NCBI RefSeq assembly: GCF_006345805.1
Contig: NC_043016.1
Span: 2,046,001 to 2,110,000, forward strand
DNA length: 64,000 nt
DNA from: Octopus sinensis
Lineage: Eukaryota
Reading direction: 5' to 3'
Below the pieces are notes generated by a model. That model worked only from the letters and a program-made list of their open reading frames with translations, ran no database searches and had not been told where the DNA came from. This document shows positions 12,904-26,283 of this stretch, piece by piece. Position 1 is the first letter of the stretch, and every line of letters starts with the position of its first letter. The translations under genes were made by a program, and so were the position numbers.

Positions 12904-13537
12904 CACAGATATGCAGGAAGTAAATAGACACCTTTAATTTTCAAAATATTTTATTTAATACGCAAAGCGAACAATTGAAACGTAATCGAAAGGTAGGACT
13001 AAATACTTTAGTATTTAATTGAAATTCCCTTTGCAGTTTTTAATTCAGAAACTCTTTTTGGCATTGAACTGATGAGATTTGTGATTGTCTCTCTTGTGCA
13101 ATTTCTGCCCACTTTTCACGCAACAATCCAAACAATATTATTTTGCAATGTCAGAAGCCTTCGAACATGGTTGGTTTTCCACAATTCTCTTCAGACAGCG
13201 AAGCTTTCTTTCCGAGGGCCCAGGTCGGCCGGGACGAGAATCTGTTGATTCTTTTCCTTGACTTTTGAATTACTCTATATACTATTAACAGTAGCAAAAG
13301 TAATTTGAAGATTTTCGCTGGCTAAGACAAATCTCAGATTGACCTCTTTCAAAATCTGACAGTTCTGCTGAATTTTTTGTGAGTGTCATGGTTACGCTTC
13401 GCAAATATTTAGTATAATGGCACCTGGAATGAAAAAGAATAATTACATTGTAAATTCTAGACCGCTGAAAACATTATGACGCTTAGATCAGAAATTCTGA
13501 AAATGAAAGGTATCTATTTATTTCCTGCATGTCTGCA
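12904..13537 (-). mobile_element. Internally deleted Tc1-like DNA transposon
   Basis: TIRs CAGATATGCAGGAAGTAAATAGACACC and GGTATCTATTTATTTCCTGCATGTCTG, with TA at 12902-12903. Minus strand encodes IYRVIQK..RPG (HTH region) and, across one frameshift, KWAEIAQ/ETITNLISSMPKRV..AKG..KY*. Confidence 0.85.
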
Positions 13538-13744
13538 TGTCTAGATATGTAATTATATGCATGAGAATATATATAGATAACATACAAATCTGCATTTACA
13601 TATATACATACAAGCATACATACATATATACATACATACATATATACATACATTACATACATACATACTTACATACATGCATACATACAAAAATATCCTG
13701 TTGTTGATGTTGAAATTCCAATGAAGAATATTGGATCTACTAAA

Positions 13745-14635
13745 CTCTCGGTTGGCCTCCGTTGCTTTACTCGAGATAAGTTGGTTCTAATATAAGAAAA
13801 ACCCATTCCTCGCAATTACAATCCGATGTGTAATACACTATGCTCTTGGTATAGTAACAGTATCGTATTCCGTAAATTTTCTAAAACAGACATATACGCC
13901 TTCAACTTACTTAATTTGTAGCGCACAAACTATCACAAAACATAATAACTTATCCTTCATGCTCAAAATTAATATATATCAACTTTTAAAAGGGTAATAA
14001 TACTTGAGTAGAAAAAAAATAATAATAGTAAATTCGCAGGCTGCTTCGTAGACATATATATATATATTTTAAATATCCTACAACTCTAGGATTGTCGCCA
14101 AAGTAGCCCGCTGAAAAGAGGATGAAATTTTGTCACATAAATCTGTACATCTTTACTTTTTTTTTTCTTTGGATAAAATTTTGAGATAACACGCAATTGG
14201 TTTACCAATAGTTCCTTGGAATATTCACGGGTCCTGCTAGTTGAGTATAAATGCAATATTTCTTTAATTTGAAAGTAATGCCGCAGACCGCTTCTAACTT
14301 AGAATCAAAACAACACAAGAAGTATCCGATTTGCACTAAATTAATTTCCTGCAAATGGGGCTAAAACTTTGCCTCATAAATCTGTACACGTTTCCCCATC
14401 TATGTTCACATGCACATAAACACACACACAACACAAACAGACACATGCATATACACACTAGCACACACATCAACCGCATTGTTGCCAGTTTCGGGAGACT
14501 GTCTTCCACATATTGTCTTCCAAGAGGTCATAACAGTCTGGAAGAGGAAAACAAAACATAACATGGCTAAAAAAATGAAGATTATCCTTGTGAGGCAAAG
14601 GGATGAAAATACTTTAGATGTTCTATTTTATTCTC
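13745..14635. repeat. Copy of the higher-order repeat block
   Basis: 13750-14270 matches 16165-16690; 14280-14635 matches 17480-17800. Confidence 0.8.
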
Positions 14636-14643
14636 CATTATTC

Positions 14644-15035
14644 TAACCACATTGGTGTATGTATGTATGTATGTATGTATGTATGTACTGTATATGTATT
14701 TATATATGTATGTATGTATGCATGCATGTATGTATGTATGTATGTATGTATGTATGTATGTATGTATGTATGTATGTATGCATGTATGTATGTATGTATG
14801 TATGTATGTATGCATGCATGTATGTATGTATGTATGTATGTATGTATGTATGTATGTATGTATGCATGTATGTATGTATGTATGTATGTATGTATGTATG
14901 CATGTATTTATGTATGTATGTGCGTATGTATGTATGTATGTGTGTATGTATATATGTATGTATGTATGTTTGTATGTGTGTGTGTATTCATGATTTTATG
15001 CTTGTATGGATGTATGTATTAATGCATGTATGCAT
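14644..15035. repeat. (GTAT)n microsatellite
   Basis: Direct inspection. Similar tracts at 10740-10990, 18062-18690, 35690-36045, 37910-38830, 40600-40800 and 45878-46168. Confidence 0.95.
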
Positions 15036-15057
15036 TTAGTTATAAATACACGTATGT

Positions 15058-15259
15058 ACTCATTTACTAATTTACTTGTCTCAGTCATTTGACTGTGGCC
15101 ATGCTAGAGCACCGCCTTTAGTCGAGCAAATCGACCCCAGGACCTATTCTTTGTAAGAACCGCTCTTTGTCGAACCGCTAAGTTACGGGACGTAAACACA
15201 CCAGCACCAGTTGTCAGCGATGTTGGGGGGACAAACACAGACAGACAAACATATATACA

Positions 15260-15260
<1 letters not shown>
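15058..15260 (-). mobile_element. 3' half of the major SINE family
   Basis: Reverse complement of 19570-19784 with a small internal deletion. Confidence 0.8.
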
Positions 15261-15331
<71 letters not shown>

Positions 15332-15339
15332 TATATATA

Positions 15340-17023
15340 TACTCATGTTCTTCGTTTCCTGCTCAAGTTATAAATTTCGAAAATTAGAGAGCAAAGAATA
15401 TTTTAGCACAATATTACTATAAGTGACGAAAATATATATCACGAAATGAAAACATTAACAGTGCAAAAAAAAAAAGTACAATCTACATATGTGTGTATCT
15501 GTGTGTGTATGTGTCTGTGTGTGCGCGTACGTGTGTAAAGCTATGGAACTGAGTAAAGTTTCAAGGGGCATAATTTGATCCCTGGTTTCAACAAGAATCT
15601 ATTGTGCAATAATTTAAACATACTTACTAGATACGTTTCAAAGTCCGAATTGGACTCTCTATACTAAGAAAGAATTGCGCATGTTTTAGGAGTTATTGTG
15701 TATATGTGCTATATTTCTTTAATTTCAAAATATTATTAAAGATATTTTATCTTTTATTCCTGATAATAAGTGCAACAAGAATTCTATATGCCACATTCAT
15801 ATAAATTGACTTCACAATTGAAAGTTCAATTCTCGTCAGTTATACTATTTTAACCAAGATATCAAAAATTGTCAAATTTATAACAAAACGGTTTGGCTAT
15901 GGAATGGTGCAAAGCAGGAACATTTTGTGCTTTCTACACACATGCATAATAGCAACAAAAACACATATATACACACACAGGAAAACAACACAAACATTCA
16001 CACACATTCTGACACATGCGTATCTAAATGAAAAACAACACATAAGCACATATACTCACATAGACGAATCTATAAGCATGCATACACACACACACATTTC
16101 TGAGAGAAAACTCGGGAACTAATTCTAATATCTGACAATTGTATTTATTGAGATTATATTTCGTTTGATTGGCCTCCGTTGCTTTACTCTTGGTAAGTTC
16201 TCTTCATATAAGAAAAAAATCCATTCATCTCTATTACAGTCCGATGTGTAATACATCGTGACCTTGGCATAGTAATACTATAGTATTCCATAAATTTTCT
16301 AAATCAGACATTTAGGCCTTCAACTTGCTTAATTTCTAGTGAACAAACTATTATAAACCATAATACCTTATCCTTCATGCTCGAAATTAATATATATCAA
16401 CTTTTAAAAGGGTAATAATACTTGAGTAGAAAAAAATAATAATAGTAAATTCGCTGGCTGCTTTGAAGACAATTGAACTCGGAATAACCAATATCCTACA
16501 ACTCTAGGTTTGTCGCCAAAGTAGCCCGCTGGGAATTGGGATGAAATTTTGTCACATAAATCTGTACACATTTTCTTTTTTTGATTTGGATGAAGTTTTG
16601 AGATACAACGCAAGTGGTTTGAAATATTCACGGGTCTTGCTAGTTGAGTAATAATGAAATATCTATTTAATTTCAAAATATAATTAAAGATATTTTGCCA
16701 TTTACTCCTGAAACATTTTATGCAAAATATATTTGAAAAGAAACAAATCTTAAGTGAAATAAAAGTTCTACGAGCGACTATAATATTGATCGAACTCACA
16801 ATTAAAAGTTCAATTCTCGACAGTTGAAATATTTATATTAAAATAGCATGCTGGCAACTGGCTTAAAACTTTGCCTGATAAATCTGCGCACCATTCTACA
16901 TTGATATGTTAACAGATGCACATTTTTACACTCAGAGACAAAGTCCAAACCTATATGCACATCCTCAAAGCACACGCACACGCACATGCTAACCAGCTTA
17001 CAAACATATAAAAATATATGCAC

Positions 17024-17061
<38 letters not shown>

Positions 17062-17089
17062 TAATATAATATATATATATATATATATA

Positions 17090-17125
<36 letters not shown>

Positions 17126-17895
17126 CATACACTCACGTATTTGAGGCAATAGTTCAGAATTAGTTTTAATACCTGAAACTTGTATTTATAGAAATTATAT
17201 TCCGTTTGTTTGGCCTCCGTTGTTTTAGACTTTCAAGAAAAAGTCACTCATCTGTGTGTCTGTCCGGTGTGCAACTCACTGTACTCTTGGTATATTCATT
17301 TTGTATTCCGTGAAGTTTCTAATACAGACATCTAAATCATGAGCGCGGGATTCAATGAGTGTTAATACCGTTTTTATTTCATTCAAAACTATTATAAAAC
17401 ATAATACGTTATATTTCTTTTCCAAATTTCTATATAACAAATTTTACTAAACTGATAACATATCAGAACAAAAAAAGTAATATCGCAGACTGCTTCGAAC
17501 TAAGAATCATAACAACACAAGAACTATCCGATCTGCACCAAATTAACTTCCTGCAAATGGGGCTAAAACTGTACACGTTTCTTATCTATGTTCACACATA
17601 AACACACAGACAGCACAAACATACATGTCCATATACACACAAAGACACACATCAACCATACTGTTACCAGCTTCGGGAGAATGTCTTCGACATATTGTCT
17701 TCCCATAAGGCATAACAGTCTGGAAGAGGAAAACAAAAGAGAAAATAGCTAAAAAATGAAGATTATCCTACTGAGGCAAAGGGGTGAAAATACTATTAGG
17801 AGAAATTAAAAATTAAAAACAACCACCAACTTAAAACAACCGGTCAAATACCGTTGTGTCAGACCAAAATCAAGAGATATGTTCCGGTCTGGAAA
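15340..17895. repeat. Longest run of the higher-order repeat block (several subunits in tandem)
   Basis: The anchor motif AAATTTT(G)CCTCATAAATCTGTACAC and its flanks recur at ~16550, 16870 and 17565. The end 17790-17895 matches 22620-22745. Confidence 0.8.
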
Positions 17896-18420
17896 TCAGC
17901 AGGGCACATGTACATATCTATATGTTTGCATGCAAGCATATATACATACCTACATACTTATATACATTCATATATGGTGGTGGTTGGGTACTCCTTGCGC
18001 AGAGTTTGACCACCTCCTGTACCCACAACTTAGCGTCATAGAAGCATCTGAGGAGGGTATTAACATACATACATACATACATACATACATACACAAACAC
18101 ATACATACATACATACATACATCCATCCATACATATATACATCCATACATCCATACATCCATACATACATGCATGCATGCATATATACATACATACATAC
18201 ACACATACGTCCATCCATACATATATACATCCATACATCCATACATCCATACATACATGCATGCATGCATATATACATACATACATACACACATACGTCC
18301 ATCCATACATATATACATCCATACATACATGCATGCATGCATATATACATACATACATACATACATACACACATACGTCCATCCATCCATCCATACATAC
18401 ATACATGCATGCAAACATAC

Positions 18421-18451
<31 letters not shown>

Positions 18452-18656
18452 CATACATACATAGGCAATACATACATACATTCGCACATACATACATACA
18501 TCCATCCATCCATCCATCCATCCATCCATCCATCCATACATACATACATACATACATACATACATACATACATACATACATACATACATGCATGCATGCA
18601 TAAATACATACATACATACATACATACATACATACATACATACATACATACATACA

Positions 18657-18691
<35 letters not shown>

Positions 18692-18699
18692 GATCTGAC

Positions 18700-18890
18700 T
18701 TCATCGTGAGCCATCATCTTGAACTCAAACACAGAGTGAGGCTGTATTATCGTCGATAGAATACAATATCGCAAAGACATAATCCAAACAGACAGCTCCT
18801 CTCTGATGTTGTTTATACTTTCTGTAAAGCCATTGTCATTCACCTTCATTTTTGACCAAAACTACCACCTGTTGCAAGGACAAAAAAAAA
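18700..18890 (+). mobile_element. RT fragment of an R2-group non-LTR element
   Basis: IQYRKDIIQTDSSSLMLFILSVKPLSF resembles the degenerate motif GIIQGDSLS..LFILS..PLSF. Confidence 0.5.
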
Positions 18891-19050
18891 TGAATATTTG
18901 ACTAAATTTGGACTTACGAGAGTTTAATATAATATCAACGAAATGAATGTAGATCAGTGTCCAGATTTACGAGGTAAAATCATATGGCAGTTGATAGATT
19001 GCTAACTTGGTAAAAACAATACAAATATCGAGAATTGAACTCATTAAATA

Positions 19051-19897
19051 CCGTAAATACTCGAGTATAATCCGCATTTTTTCCCCAAAATTTAAAGGTC
19101 AAAATCACTGGTGCGTATTATACACGAGGTTAAAAATGAACATTCTTTTCTAAGCGATGTCCCAGTCTCAATTTGCTGTCCGGCAATGTTTATTCAGACG
19201 CATTTTATGATGTCGGGCGCGAAAATACCTTAAGCTAAGCCTGAAAGCAATGAAGTCATAAAAGAATCATCCATAACTTGCAGTAAGCAACATTTATTAA
19301 ACGTTATTACTGTTATTTCTTTATTTTCTGCAACACGTTTGCATTATGTTATATATACAATAATAATAAAGTATAGGCGCAGGACTGGCTGTGTGGTAAG
19401 TAGCTTGCTTACCAACCACATGGTTCCGGGTTCAGTCCCACTGCGTGGTACCTTGGGCAAGTGTCTTCTACTATAGCCTCGGGTCGATCAAAGCCTTGTG
19501 AGTGGATTTGGTAGACGGAAACTGAAAGAAGCCCGTCGTATATATCTATATATATGTGTGTGTGTTTGTGCGTCTGTGTTTGTGTTTGTCCCCACAACAT
19601 CGCTTGACAACCGATGCTGGTGTGTTTACATCGCTGTAACCTAGCGGTTCGGCAAAAGAGACCGATAGAATAAGTACTAGGCTTACAAAGAATAAGTCCC
19701 GGGGATCGATTTGCTCGACTAATGGCGGTGCTCCAGCATGGCCGCAGTCAAATGACTGAAACAAGTAAAAGAGTAAAAGAGTACGTAGCCGTATACATTT
19801 TTACAAACCAACGACGTTATATAGACCTCCATGACTGAAGTTAGAGAAGGGATGCGTATTATACACTCAAAGGCGGACTATACTCGAGGATTTACGG
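19051..19897. mobile_element. Tc2/pogo-like MITE with TA target duplication, interrupted by a SINE
   Basis: TA-CCGTAAATACTCGAGTATAATCCGC ... GCGGACTATACTCGAGGATTTACGG-TA. Confidence 0.8.
19376..19784 (+). mobile_element. Full-length major tRNA-derived SINE (CORE-like centre)
   Basis: A box TGGCTGTGTGGTAAG, B box GGTTCAGTCCC, TTGGGCAAGTGTC domain, internal (TA)/(TG) spacer and (GTAAAAGA)n tail. Confidence 0.88.
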
Positions 19898-19964
19898 TAT
19901 TAATTTTTCTAGCAATACGTTGTACTTTTGTTCAAAATATCGCATCTCCTGCTACTTCAGATGC

Positions 19965-20625
19965 GTAGATGCCAATAAAAAATTATCCATGTTATAATGA
20001 AATGGTTTGGCTATGGAATGGGGCAAAACAGGAACGTTTTGGGGTTAGGACATATTTGCATAATAGCAACACACGCACATATATACACCCACAGGAGAAC
20101 AACACAAACATGCACACACTTAAACACGCGTATACACACATAGACGAATATATATACATGTATACATACACATGTAGGAGAATACTGGGAAACTAATCTT
20201 GATATCTGAAAATTGTATTTATTGCAATTATATTCCGTTTGATTGGCCTCCGTTGCTTTACTCTTAATAAGTTGTCTTTCATATAAGAAACAAAATCATT
20301 CATCTCTATTACAGTCCGTACTGTTGGTAGAGTCATACTGTAGTATTCCGTAAATTTTCTAAAACTGACAACTTGCTAAATTCCTTGAGAGCATTGTTAA
20401 AACATACTATTAAAATATAATAATACATTATCCTTCATGCTCGAAATTACTATATATCAACTTTTAAAAGGCTAATAATACATGAATAGAAAAAAAAAAT
20501 AATAAATTCGCTGGCGAATTGGTGGAAAGTTGAACTCGGAATCACAAATATCCTACAATTCTACGAATTTCTCCAAATAGCCTGCAGAGAATTTCGATGA
20601 AATTTTGTCTCATAAGCCTTTACAC
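19965..20625. repeat. Copy of the higher-order repeat block
   Basis: Matches 15860-16560 with small deletions. Confidence 0.8.
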
Positions 20626-20638
20626 CCAACCCTATCTG

Positions 20639-21034
20639 TATGTTCACACACGCATACACACACACACATATACAGATGAATATATATACACATTCACACA
20701 CGCATATACACACACAAGTTCAATTCTACTGCGAGGCACCTTGGGCGCGTTTCGTCAACTATAACCTCGGGCCCATCAAGTCATTGTGAATGGATATGGT
20801 AGACGTAAACTGAAAGAAGCTCGTCGTATATATATATAAATATATACGACGAGCTTCTTTCAGTTTACGTCTACCATATCCATTCACAATGACTTGATCG
20901 GCCCGAGGTTATAGTTGACGAAACGCGCCCAAGGTGCCTCGCAGTAGAATTGAACTTGTGTGTGTATATGCGTGTGTGAATGTGTATATATATTCATCTG
21001 TATATGTGTGTGTGTGTATGCGTGTGTGAACATA
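20639..21034. repeat. Near-perfect fold-back palindrome (~190-bp arms) centred on (TA)n
   Basis: The right arm is the reverse complement of the left with one mismatch (20774 vs 20899). Confidence 0.92.
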
Positions 21035-21333
21035 TATATATATATATATATAAAATATATATCTAATATTGTATGTATATATTTTATTAATTTGCCTGTA
21101 CGGCTGATAATTCGCTTACCACTTGTGATGGTATTTTAATAATACAATCCCTATATATATATATATATTTGAATTATTCAGTAATATCTTTTTGCTAGTC
21201 TATTTTGTCTCTCTGTCTTATCTCATGGTACGATATGAACAGTTAAGGTGTTTTTTAGAGTCAGGGATTTGACTGCTATTTCGGCATGGTGGTGTCTCTC
21301 AGGCACCCTTATTTATAGTTGTAAAAAAATTAT

Positions 21334-21521
<188 letters not shown>

Positions 21522-21522
<1 letters not shown>

Positions 21523-21800
21523 TGGAGGAGCAATGGTACCGTGGTTAGGGCAGCGGACTCGCGGTTGTAGGATCGCGGTTTCGATTCCCAGACCGGGCGT
21601 TGTCAGAGTTTATTGAGCGAAAACACCTAAAGGGGTGGGGTGTTCCCTGCTGTACTCTTTCGCTACAACTTTCTCTCTCTCTTCTGTTGGCCTGCTCGCT
21701 TAGCCAACGGAATGGTGTCATTTGAAGGCTAAAACAATGCGAAGAGCATTGTGACCAGCGATGTGTAGCAACATCTGATAGCCTGGTCGATCACGGTGAT
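21522..21800 (+). mobile_element. tRNA-derived SINE, second family
   Basis: Head TGGTACCGTGGTTAGGGCAGCGG..GTTTCGATTCC. Head matches 26088-26283 and tail matches 46682-46786. Confidence 0.8.
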
Positions 21801-21849
21801 ATATATATATATATGTATGTATGTATATGTATGTATGTATATATTTATA

Positions 21850-22050
21850 TAAATGTGTGTGTTTGGGTCTGTGTTTGTCTCCCCAGCATCGCTTGCAACC
21901 GATGCTGGTGTGTTTACGTCTCCGTAAATAGTAGCCGATAGAATAGGCTTACAAATAATAAGTCCTGGGATTGATTTGTTCGAGTAAAGCAGGTGCTCCA
22001 GTATGGCCGCAGTCAAATGACTGAAACGAATAACAGAATAAAAGAAAAGA
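21850..22050 (+). mobile_element. 3' half of the major SINE family
   Basis: Matches 19560-19784. Confidence 0.75.
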
Positions 22051-22239
22051 AACAGGATTAGAAAGAAGAAAAACACCCACAAAACTCAGCGTATTGACAT
22101 CGGGGTAGTTCAAAAGAATATCGATAGAATTTAAAAGGGAAAGCATCTGCCAGGTTAAAACACAACCGGATATATATCGTTGCGTGGCACTGCAATTAAT
22201 TATATATTATGTCCAGGAAATCGGTCGTTCTCTGGACAC

Positions 22240-23150
22240 CATTGTGGTTAGGAATATGCAAGATATCTAAATATCATCGATAAACGAGTTTGCAAATCCT
22301 ACACTTGAGGTACACTTTTAAATTCATGCCTATAATTATTGCAGCAACAGGATACATTCCAGCTTGTCTGGAAAAAAAGAAAGAATGAACTTGGTTTCTT
22401 TTGGAGAGAATAGAAATCCTTAGTTCTTATACTACGAAGGATCGCCATATCTGAGACTGAAAATCTTCAATACTTTTTCAAGTTTTAAATGGTGACGTTC
22501 AAACCAAGACACTTACCTTCAAAACGTTGCTAACAAATCGATGGCCGATCATGTTCAAACAAGGGAATCCAACACAGACTTCCTACAAACGAAATTTATC
22601 ATATTAAGACAATTGGCCGAAAAGACTATTGGGGGAAATTGGATATTAAAACAGCCACCAAGTCAAAACACAACCGGCCAGGTACTGTTGTGCTGACCCG
22701 AAAAGAAAGGATATGTTCTGTTCTGGAATTCAGCCACTCCCTGGACACAAATTGATAAGAAATACAAAAGGAAGAAGACATCTAAGGATAATTGATCAAC
22801 AAGTTTGCAAATTCAAAACCCAAAATACACTTTTAGTTCCATGTCTGTTATATTTGGAACGAGAGGCTGCACTTCGACATAGAAAGTGAAGGACATACAT
22901 ACATTTGTTTTTAATCGTTTACTAGTAACTGCTTTCGTTTTGCAGCCATTTGATTGCGACCGCGAAGTAAACTTCTAAGCCATAGAGTCCGCAAACGAGA
23001 AATAACAAGCATGGACGATTCTAGGTCATTACATAAACGTTGCTAAGAAAATTCCATCCACTCTAGTACCCGGTTTGGTAATCAAATAAAAAATATCGAA
23101 ATTTAGAAAGCAATGATTATTTTGGCTGAATTTAGCTTTAATGACGAAAA
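22240..23150. repeat. Copy of the local duplicated block, with intact-looking minus-strand splice signals
   Basis: 22360-22560 resembles 2660-2860, 22900-23120 resembles 2960-3180, 22620-22745 resembles 17790-17895, and 22230-22340 is internally duplicated at 22740-22860. Confidence 0.7.
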
Positions 23151-23204
23151 CATATATTCCAAGAAGTAATATATATATAAATTTGTATATATATATATTA
23201 TATA

Positions 23205-23410
23205 TAGTTAATCCAAACATGAACAAAGAGAAAACACAATGCGAAGACGTGGAATAAGTACAGTGTTATTGGACGCTCGGGAAATGAAAGAAAGAAGGAG
23301 GATTCCACGTTTCGAGCGGAGCTCTTCGTCAGAAATACAGAAACAAAGAAAAAGTCCAAAGATGGGAAGACGGAGAAAGAAAATCGCCAGCGATACACAC
23401 GCGGTTCGTT
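23205..23410 (-). mobile_element. Small PLE-associated element with a degenerate hammerhead
   Basis: Minus strand TTT-CTGACGA-A-GAGC tcc GCTC-GAAAC-GTG at ~23300-23335. The cleavage triplet is mutated. Related to 34318-34520. Confidence 0.55.
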
Positions 23411-23489
23411 GTAATTATAAAAATACCATTATAGGAAAATGGAAGACAAAAAGATGTTGAATCAAAATTAGATTTAATACAAAATAGGA

Positions 23490-23598
23490 TTCAATACATA
23501 CGCGCGTTTCAAACGACAAAACAAATATGCAAAATAAAATCATAACCATAGTAATTATAATTAAATTTTTGCATTGTCATTTTCATCAGTGTGAAGAA
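23490..23598 (-). ncRNA. Minimal type I hammerhead ribozyme motif
   Basis: Minus strand TTCTTCACA-CTGATGA-AAATGACAA..TTGTCGTTT-GAAAC-GCGC-GTA-TGTATTGAA, with a 9-bp stem II and palindromic GCGC loop. Confidence 0.75.
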
Positions 23599-23999
23599 TT
23601 TTTGTAAGGACATCAAAAAATGTTTAACAAAATAAAATGAATTCAAATAAGATACGATAAGGTAGAATACAATTACGGTAATTAAGGAAAAAATAGGATA
23701 ACTGCAAGCAAGTTTTAAGAGGGAAAAATAACGGTAATAATAATAAAAATACATTTATTTATATATATGCATATATATATATATATATATGTATGTGCGT
23801 GTGTGTGTCTTTGTGTGTGTGTGCGCGCGTGTGTGTGTGTGTATGTATATATGTAAACGTGTGTCTGTGTACATGTATGTGCATGTTTATGTTTCGTCGC
23901 CGATAATCAGACAATTTATCCGAGTGAACAGGAATGCACGATAATATTAGTGCTTAAATGAATATTGTTTCGGCATCATGATGTTTTCTAATATAGCTA

Positions 24000-24880
24000 G
24001 ATTGAATGTGCAATTGTTAAGCTGAGAAAAACTATTCTAGCGTTTATTGTGAGTTTATAAGTGATATTTATTTGATAGGTGGGAATAAGCATTTGTCGTC
24101 GTTGTTTTTCATTTAAAATTATCTACGAATAAGAACAAAATTCTTCATCTGCTTCACAGAAGTATTTTTTGGTTCTTTCAAAATCATAAAATTTCGGCAT
24201 TTTTCGCAGTAGTCCTCGTGACATCAATTAGTCGAATAGTGTCGAAATTTGACACAAATGTTTCATAGTCATAAACAGACAGCTTATCATCGGTAATCTA
24301 TTTAGCATTTGCTAATTCTTCATTTCAATGCAAACGCTTTTGATTTATTTCAATTCGTTGTTTTAATTCCACAGCGTTATAATAAGTTTGAAAAAAAAAA
24401 TGATTTTTAATCAGCATCGATATTTCAAATTCATAAAATTTCGGAATTCCTAGCAGTAGTCATCGTGGCATCAATTTAAAAAATAACGTCGAAATTTTAA
24501 AAAAAACATATTTCATAGACATAAGCATCAATTTGACGAATAATGTCGAAATTTGACAAAAATGTTCCGTAGTCATAAGCGTAAAATTTCGCCATTTTAC
24601 TGACAAGCACAAAAATGACGACGACACGGATTTCTCAACAGACGCCGCTCATTTTTTTTCGTCAATTGGTCCTACCTATTTGATATAGATTTTAAATTTT
24701 TGAAAAAGAATGAAAGTGAAATTGTCAGGCTGGGAGAAACTTTTCTAAAGTTCAGTTTGAGTTCATAAGTGATATTTCCTTGACAGGTGAGAATAAGCAG
24801 TTGTCGTTGTAGATTTTCATTTAAATTAAAGTACGAAGAAAAAGAATTCTTTATCTGCGTCGCAGAAATAAGTTTGGTTA
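24000..24880. repeat. Degenerate direct repeats (probable DNA-transposon subterminal array)
   Basis: 24000-24180 resembles 24710-24880. Unit CATCAATT..TGTCGAAATTTGACA..CATAGTCATAA recurs at ~24220, 24470 and 24530. Confidence 0.55.
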
Positions 24881-25257
24881 CTTACAGAGTTGCCATTCTT
24901 ACAGTTCGAGTACATAGTTACGTATATGGAAGAATAAAATGTAAAATTTTCGGCATGGCACGTTAGCGACACCCGAACTCTCATACATCAAGTCCAAAGA
25001 ATACCATTTTAATATAAGCACCAACATACCACGCTGCCTAAAGTGCATCGTATTTAGCCATATATTCGCCATAGATCTTTGTTTTCCAGCTTCACTTCAC
25101 CTCCCCAATATGTTTTCCGATATATGTAAATGGTATACATCAATTTATTTCTACATGTATATGTAAGTTATATTCATATACACACACAATTCATATACAC
25201 GCATACCTACATTCATATATGCATACATGAATATATATATATATATGTCTATCTCTC

Positions 25258-25308
<51 letters not shown>

Positions 25309-25349
25309 ATATATACGCATATATATATATATTTGTATATATATACGAG

Positions 25350-25735
25350 CATATCGCCCCCCGTCCAATGGACGGTGCTGAGTTGTCAAACATTTAAACC
25401 AAATTTTCTCAAAACAACTTGTCCAACCGTCCCATTGGCCTCCCCTTTTAGAAACACTGATTTAACCTAAATTTGAGACACCAGCAAAAGAAGAAATAAA
25501 GATAGACTTTTTTCTATTCCAAGAAAAACGATTTTACAAATGCACGTTCCCACGGCTACATCGATCGCATCCTCACCTGCAATCGATTTTTGTAATTTTT
25601 TCAAGACTTATGCACGCCCTGATACCGTCGGTATCTACATATCAAATTTGAGCGCAACCGGATGGAGAATGCCCGAGATCCTAGAAGCCACACACGCAGA
25701 CAGACAGATAGAACGGATTTTATATGAGACACACA
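25350..25735 (-). mobile_element. Non-autonomous Helitron/Helentron-like fragment
   Basis: Ends with CAAATTTGAGCGCAACCGG..CAGACAGACAGA..GGATTTTATAT, resembling the terminus of the Helitrons at 54430-55473. Confidence 0.4.
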
Positions 25736-25748
25736 CATACATACAGGA

Positions 25749-25796
<48 letters not shown>

Positions 25797-25877
25797 ATAT
25801 ATAATATATATATATATATATATATTTAAATGCGTGACCACATTAACGCTTACGTACACTCACACATACATCTATAC

Positions 25878-25940
<63 letters not shown>

Positions 25941-26005
25941 TATATATTATATATATATATATATATTATATATATATATATATACATACATACATATATA
26001 CATAC

Positions 26006-26036
<31 letters not shown>

Positions 26037-26087
26037 CACGCTTCACTTTTGTCTATCACCCCTATGAGGAAGTTGGTCAATGAATAT

Positions 26088-26283
26088 AAGGCGCAATGGA
26101 CCAGCGGTTACGGTAGCAGACTCGTGGTCGTAAGAACGCAGTTTCGATTCCCAGACCGGGCATTGTGAGTGTTTATTGAGCAAAAACAGTTAAGCTCCAC
26201 GAGGCTCCGGCGGGGGTAGTGGTGAACCCCGCTGTACTCTTTCACCACGACTTTTTCTCACTCTTTCTTCCTACTTCTGCCAC
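26088..26283 (+). mobile_element. tRNA-derived SINE, second family (5' part)
   Basis: Matches 21522-21690. Confidence 0.75.

Noticed and set aside
17990-18850. Minus-strand peptides DYVFAILYSIDD..SL and KLWVQEVVKLC resembling a Rho/Rab GTPase
   Set aside because: No G1, G3 or G4 motifs, stops in frame, and the plus strand of 18700-18890 is better explained as an RT fragment.
22620-22745. Resemblance of the duplicated block to ionotropic glutamate receptor M2/M3 (FGSAQQ..CVLTWWLF), or elsewhere to TIR (SRRIVV)
   Set aside because: Spacing is wrong, SYTANLAA and other hallmark motifs are absent, and the matches are too short.
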